Positions 36,401 to 41,518 of a stretch of 41,518 nucleotides of DNA are shown here, piece after piece. Each line of letters begins with the position of its first letter. Position 1 is the stretch's first letter. Under the pieces are notes generated by a model. It was not told the origin of the DNA, searched no databases, and was given only the letters and a program-made list of their open reading frames with translations. Origin of the DNA: Octopus sinensis. Taxonomy: Eukaryota. The stretch covers positions 1 through 41,518 of the forward strand of contig NW_021835277.1 in assembly GCF_006345805.1 (NCBI RefSeq), read 5' to 3'. The position numbers and the translations under genes are program-made.

Positions 36401-36889
36401 ACCCATGTTTCCGCATATTGGAATTGAACCTGCAAACATTGTAGCTATGAAACAAACTTCTTAACCACACAGCCACGGCTACTGCCAGTCTCTCCTACTA
36501 CATTATATTCCTACCATTTCTCTTGAGAGAAATAACAAAATTATGAGAAATAGGATAAAGTTATAAGAGCGTTAGTAGCTTGTCGTTGAATAGATACAAT
36601 GAATAACTTAACGAATTCTTTATTTTTTTTCCCCTCCTTCATATTTACATAATTTATTCAAATCTCCGATGATGAAGGTTAATAAAATTTATGACAACAC
36701 AGATGAGCAAATTAAAATAGGAAAGCAAAAGGACTTTGGAATTAATGGTCTGAATCTACAGTGGATGTGTTTTGTGTATCAGCTAGCAACCTAACTACTG
36801 TAAGTATATATACAATATTGCATGTGATGGGAGAATGGCAAATAATAATGGCAGGTGTATGAAAGAGTAATAATTCAATACCTTCATAC

Positions 36890-36940
36890 CAGGCCATAAT
36901 TCATCAGTCATGCAATTCAGTTTGACTGCCAATTTTACCT
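36890..36940 (-). CDS. Weak candidate 51-nt phase-1 exon (xVKLAVKLNCMTDELWP)
   Basis: Acceptor ttattcttatgatgttacag, donor gtatga (alternative gtattg would end the exon at 36882); only one open frame. Confidence 0.22.
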
Positions 36941-38034
36941 CTGTAACATCATAAGAATAAAATACAGTTGACAGTTTCTGGGTTCCATGGCAATTTTTCG
37001 ATTCTGGTATAAAATCATCTTTTGACATTTTTCGCAGCCATTGTTACGATTATGTACAGTCAAAAGAAATGGGCAGGCAATAAGAGTGCAGAGAAAAATC
37101 TCTTAAAATATCTGAACAATCCAAGATCTAGTTGCTACACAAGCTATTGATATTAATATTTCTGCTATTTATAATAAAACGAAAAAGAGCTGGTGTTCCA
37201 TTTATATTTTGACACAGTTACAACCATATTGCATATTAAAACCTGAAATTTTATACTGCATACCATTAAAACAATGATGACGATTATTTTACAGAGTTTT
37301 GTGGTTCAGAAATGAATTTTAAAATTTATGCCCAATCTACTTAAAATGGTAATTTTACATCATCTATGAATAAATATTTAATGTATTCTAAATTAGAAAT
37401 TTTATATTTAACCTCTTTTAAGAATATTAATATTCTGCAATGCATTTTTGTATTCTATATAAATGTATAGAATTTTGAGATATTTACATTATTCAGAAAA
37501 GATATTTCTGAAAGATATGTAATTGCTTATTAACAATACATATATAACTTTTTTTCTCTATTCTTTTTAAAAGTTATTATTTTTTTTTTTAAGTTTAGAA
37601 GACTTCAACATTACAAAAGATATTTAGAGAGCAATAAAGTTCAAATCCCTAGAGATATAGAAACTTCCAAGTTCTTTAATGTAAAAGGAAATTTAGTATA
37701 CAGTATTATTGTTTACAGATTTTATCCATCAAAAGAGGAGATATATAATCTCTGAGGATCTAACAATATTAAAGATTAATTATTAATTGTAAATGAGTAA
37801 AAGAAAAGAGAAAAAAAAACCTTTCATATCAAGCCAAGTTGCTGCAAAAATTAACTTTTATGACCCAAGTTAAGCATACTTAATCAAGGAGACAAGTAAT
37901 CATATTCTAAATAACATCATAAATTTTACTAGACAAAAATACAAACTTAAATGGACTTTGAAATCAAGATAATTCTTTTCTATTTTATATTCAACATGAG
38001 GCTACGGTAGAGGGTGGTGGCACAGTGGTTATAA

Positions 38035-38255
38035 TCTTGTCTACTCTAGGCACAAGGCCGGACATTTTTTTGTGGGGGTGAGGGGGCAGTTGATTAGATC
38101 AATTACAGTATGCAACTTATACTTAATTTATTGACCCCCGAAAGGATGAAAGGCAAAGTTGACCTTGGTGGAATTTGAACTCAGAACGTAAAGACAGACG
38201 AAACACTGCTAAGTATTTTGCCTGGTGTGCTAACACTTTTACCAGCTTGCCACCT
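38035..38255 (-). mobile_element. Family B-related SINE (older subfamily, different tail)
   Basis: acttaatttattgacccccgaaaggatgaaaggcaaagttgacc...ccagcttgccacc. Confidence 0.75.
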
Positions 38256-38270
38256 TCATAGTGGTTATAA

Positions 38271-38657
38271 AAGGAGGAAGCACTCCGTCGGTTACGACGA
38301 CGAGGGTTCCGGTTGATCCGATCAACAGAACAGCCTGCTCGTGAAATTAACGTGTAAGTGGCTGAGCACTCCACAGACACGTGCACCCTTAACGTAGTTC
38401 TCGGTGATATTCAGCGTGACACAGAGAGTGACAAGGCTGGCCCCTTGAAATACAGATACAACAGAAACAGGAAGTAAGAGTGAGAGAAAGTTGTGGTGAA
38501 AGAGTACAGCAGGGATCACCACCATCCCTGCCAGAGCCTCGTGGAGCTTTTAGGTGTTTTCGCTCAATAAACACTCACAACGCCCGGTTTGGGAATCGAA
38601 ACCGCGATCCTACGACCGCGAGTCCGCTGCCCTAACCACTGGGCCATTGCGCCTCCA
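38271..38657 (-). mobile_element. SINE family C, full length
   Basis: 14-bp TSD catagtggttataa at 38257-38270 and 38658-38671. Confidence 0.92.
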
Positions 38658-39050
38658 CATAGTGGTTATAATGTTGCGCTCATGAGCTTTGTTGATGATG
38701 ATGATGGTGGTGCTAACTTAAAATCTTTATGTAATAACCTTAGCCCTTGACTGGTACTTTATTTTATTGACCCTGAAAGCAAAAAAAAAAAAGTCAACCT
38801 TAGCAGGATTTGAGCTCAGGATGGAAGGGCAGCAACAAATACTGCAAAGCATTTCGTCTAAGAAAAATTAATGCATGAACAATTAATGCAAATATATAAT
38901 TATTGATAATTTGAATTCTTTTTTATAATAACAGCTTAGAAAACATCAAATCATGAAATTTATAAAATGGATTTTAAGCAAAAGAATAACAAAACAATAC
39001 AAAAAAACGAAAGTAGTTTTGTATAGAACTGAGTGTTTCATAATGTCTGA

Positions 39051-39474
39051 GGCGCAGGAGTGGCTGTGTGGTAAGTAGCTTGCTAACCAACCACATGGTT
39101 CCGGGTTCAGTCCCACTGCGTGGCATCTTGGGCAAGTGTCTTCTGCTATAGCCCCGGGCCGACCAATGCCTTGTGAGTGGATTTGGTAGACGGAAACTGA
39201 AAGAAGCCTGTCGTATATATGTATATATATATATATATATGCGTGTGTTTGTGTGTGTTTGTGTGTCTGTGTTTGTCCCCCTAGCATTGCTTGACAACCG
39301 ATGCTGGTGTGTTTACGTACCCGTCACTTAGCGGTTCGGCAAAAGAGACTGATAGAATAAGTACTGGGCTTACAAAGAATAAGTCCCGGGGTCGATTTGC
39401 TCGACTAAAAGCGGTGCTCCAGCATGGCCGCAGTCAAATGACTGAAACAAGTAAAAAAAAAAAAAAAAAAAAAA
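39051..39474 (+). mobile_element. SINE family A, ending in poly(A)
   Basis: Matches family A; an A-run replaces the usual aaagagt tail. Confidence 0.9.
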
Positions 39475-39928
39475 TTTGCCATTCTGAGTTTATGACACTC
39501 TGGGTATAGTCTTCAACATGAGTGACTACACATTAGCCATTCAATGGCTATCTTTTGAAACTGTATATATGGGGCTATGGTATTTTCTGACTTACAATTT
39601 GCATTGTCAGTCTGAAAATCTCTTGTTGTCCAGAATATCAATCTGCTGGAAAATGTCCTGAGATCTGCAATCACGCCGAATTCCCTCTGTTAGTCACTTT
39701 CTGAATTTCAAACGTCTTGCTTCTTTAGTTAGTGACATACTATAGTTTTGACATTTAGCAGTTGACTTAGTAGATGTCCACTAGATTATCTACCATCATT
39801 TTAACAACAACTTTAGCTACCTTTTTAAGTTCAATATCTCTAACACATATGGACAGGCTTCATCCTAATCATGATCATCATCATCATCATCATCACAATC
39901 ATGCAGGCATGGGTTAAATGGTATGACT

Positions 39929-40344
39929 GGCGGCGAACTGGCAGAATCGTTAGCATGCCGGACAAAATGCTGAGCGGTATTTCATCTGCCGCTATGTTCT
40001 GAGTTCAAATTCCGCCAAGGTCCACTTTGCCTTTCATCCTTTCGGGGGTCGATAAATTAGGTACCAGTTACGCACTGGGGTCGATTTAATCGACTTAATC
40101 CCTTTGTCTGTCCTTGTTTGTCCTCTCTGTGTTTAGCCCCTTGTGGGTAGTAAAGAAATAAGTATTTCGTCTGCCGCTACATTCTGAGTTTAAATTCTGC
40201 CAAGGTCCACTTTGCCTTTCATCCTTTTGGGGTCGATAAATTAAGTACCAGTTACACACTGGGGTCGATTTAATTGACTTAATCCCTTTGTCTGTCCTTG
40301 TTTGTCCTCTCTGTGTTTAGCCCCTTGTGGGTAGTAAAGAAATA
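39929..40344 (+). mobile_element. Family B SINE dimer inside a decayed minus-strand family D element
   Basis: One head plus two bodies, junction aaagaaata|agtatttcg at ~40160; direct repeat ggtatgactgg at 39920-39930 and 40345-40355. Confidence 0.9.
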
Positions 40345-40578
40345 GGTATGACTGGAGTTGGTAAACCGGAGATCTGCACCAGGCTCCAGTTATCTGTTTT
40401 GGCTTGGTTTCTATGGCTGGTTACCCTCACACCAACCATATTACAGAGTGTAGTGGGTGCTTTTTACCTGTCAGCAGCACATATGCCTTTTATGTGTCAC
40501 TGGTACTGGCCATGATCATGATTTCACGTAGTGTGATGTATCTTCTCAAGCACAGCAAATTACCAGAAGTGTTGGTCA

Positions 40579-40994
40579 AGGCGGCGAGCTGGCAGAATCG
40601 TTAGCACGCCAGGTGAAATGCTTAGTGGTATTTCGTCTGCCGTTACGTTCTGAGTTCAAATTCCACCGAGGTCGACTTTGCCTTTCATCCTTTCTGGGGT
40701 GATAAATTAAGTACCAGTTACACACTGGGGTCGATATAATCGACTTAATCCATTTGCCTGTCCTTGTTTGTCCTCTCTGTGTTTAGCCCCTTGTGGGTAG
40801 TAAAGAAATAGGTATTTCGTCTGCTGTTACGTTCTGAGTTCAAATTCCGCTGAGGTCGACTTTGCCTTTCATTCTTTCGGGGGCGATAAATTAAGTACCA
40901 GTTACGCACTGGGGCCAATGTAATCGACTTAATACTTTTGTCTGTCCTTGTCTGTCCCCTCTATGTTTAGCCCCTTGTAGGCAATAAAGAAAGA
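40579..40994 (+). mobile_element. Family B SINE dimer
   Basis: Junction aaagaaata|ggtatttcg at 40810/40811; 14-bp TSD agaagtgttggtca at 40565-40578 and 40995-41008. Confidence 0.9.
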
Positions 40995-41145
40995 AGAAGT
41001 GTTGGTCATTTGGTCATTTATAATTGGTCATTAGTGGTTGGTCATTTGTAATTGCCTCCATGTGACTCAACAACCGAAGATCATATTTGACCACCTTGTC
41101 CCATGTCTTGCTGGGATTACCTTTTTCACAGATTCGTGCCACTAA

Positions 41146-41291
41146 GTTCTGAGTTCAAATTCTGCCGAAGTCGACTATGCCTTTCATCCTTTTAGAGTCG
41201 ATAAATTAAGTACCAGTGAAACACTGGGGTCGATGTAATGGACTAGTCCAATCCCCCCAAATTTCAGGCCTTCTGCCCTTGGTAGAAATTA

Positions 41292-41347
<56 letters not shown>

Positions 41348-41349
41348 TA

Positions 41350-41405
<56 letters not shown>

Positions 41406-41407
41406 TA
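41146..41407 (+). mobile_element. Headless family B-related SINE with alternative 3' end and (TAT)n tail
   Basis: gttctgagttcaaattctgccgaagtcgac...cactggggtcgatgtaat...ggtagaaatt(att)n. Confidence 0.75.
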
Positions 41408-41518
41408 TAGTTTCCTTTCATTATAACTTTATTTTTGCTGCCTTAGTGCTGGGATACTCTGGAGGCCAAGAGTAGCAAGGGCACTTTTGTTTTGCTATGC
41501 ATGCTAAAATTATCACTA

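Noticed and set aside
39596-39687. Minus-strand exon ending at a gtaagt donor
   Set aside because: No polypyrimidine tract, and joining it to the 36940 candidate creates a TAG.

Overview
AT-rich, repeat-dominated eukaryotic genomic DNA. The tRNA-derived SINE families and dense (TA)n/(CA)n/(ATT)n microsatellites point to an octopod cephalopod (Octopus-like); this is an inference. No intact protein-coding gene can be established. The ORF track is almost entirely microsatellite, SINE or decayed LINE translation, plus three weak minus-strand exon candidates. Contents: about 15 copies of a CORE-type tRNA SINE (family A); a MetaSINE-like tRNA SINE (family B) present as monomers, dimers and an 8-mer; two copies of a third tRNA SINE (family C); RTE-tailed non-autonomous elements (family D); CR1 and RTE LINE fragments; hAT and Tigger-like MITEs; and Penelope-like terminal fragments with degenerate hammerhead ribozyme motifs and foldback inversions. 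The most notable signal is family B. It forms single-head multimers inside one target-site duplication, always joined tail-to-anticodon-loop at the same nucleotide, with strict 184/183-nt alternation in the 8-mer and a GGTAT-like sequence at several 3' junctions. This suggests either a circular-RNA/rolling-circle or a self-targeting mode of SINE amplification. Family labels A-D are my own.
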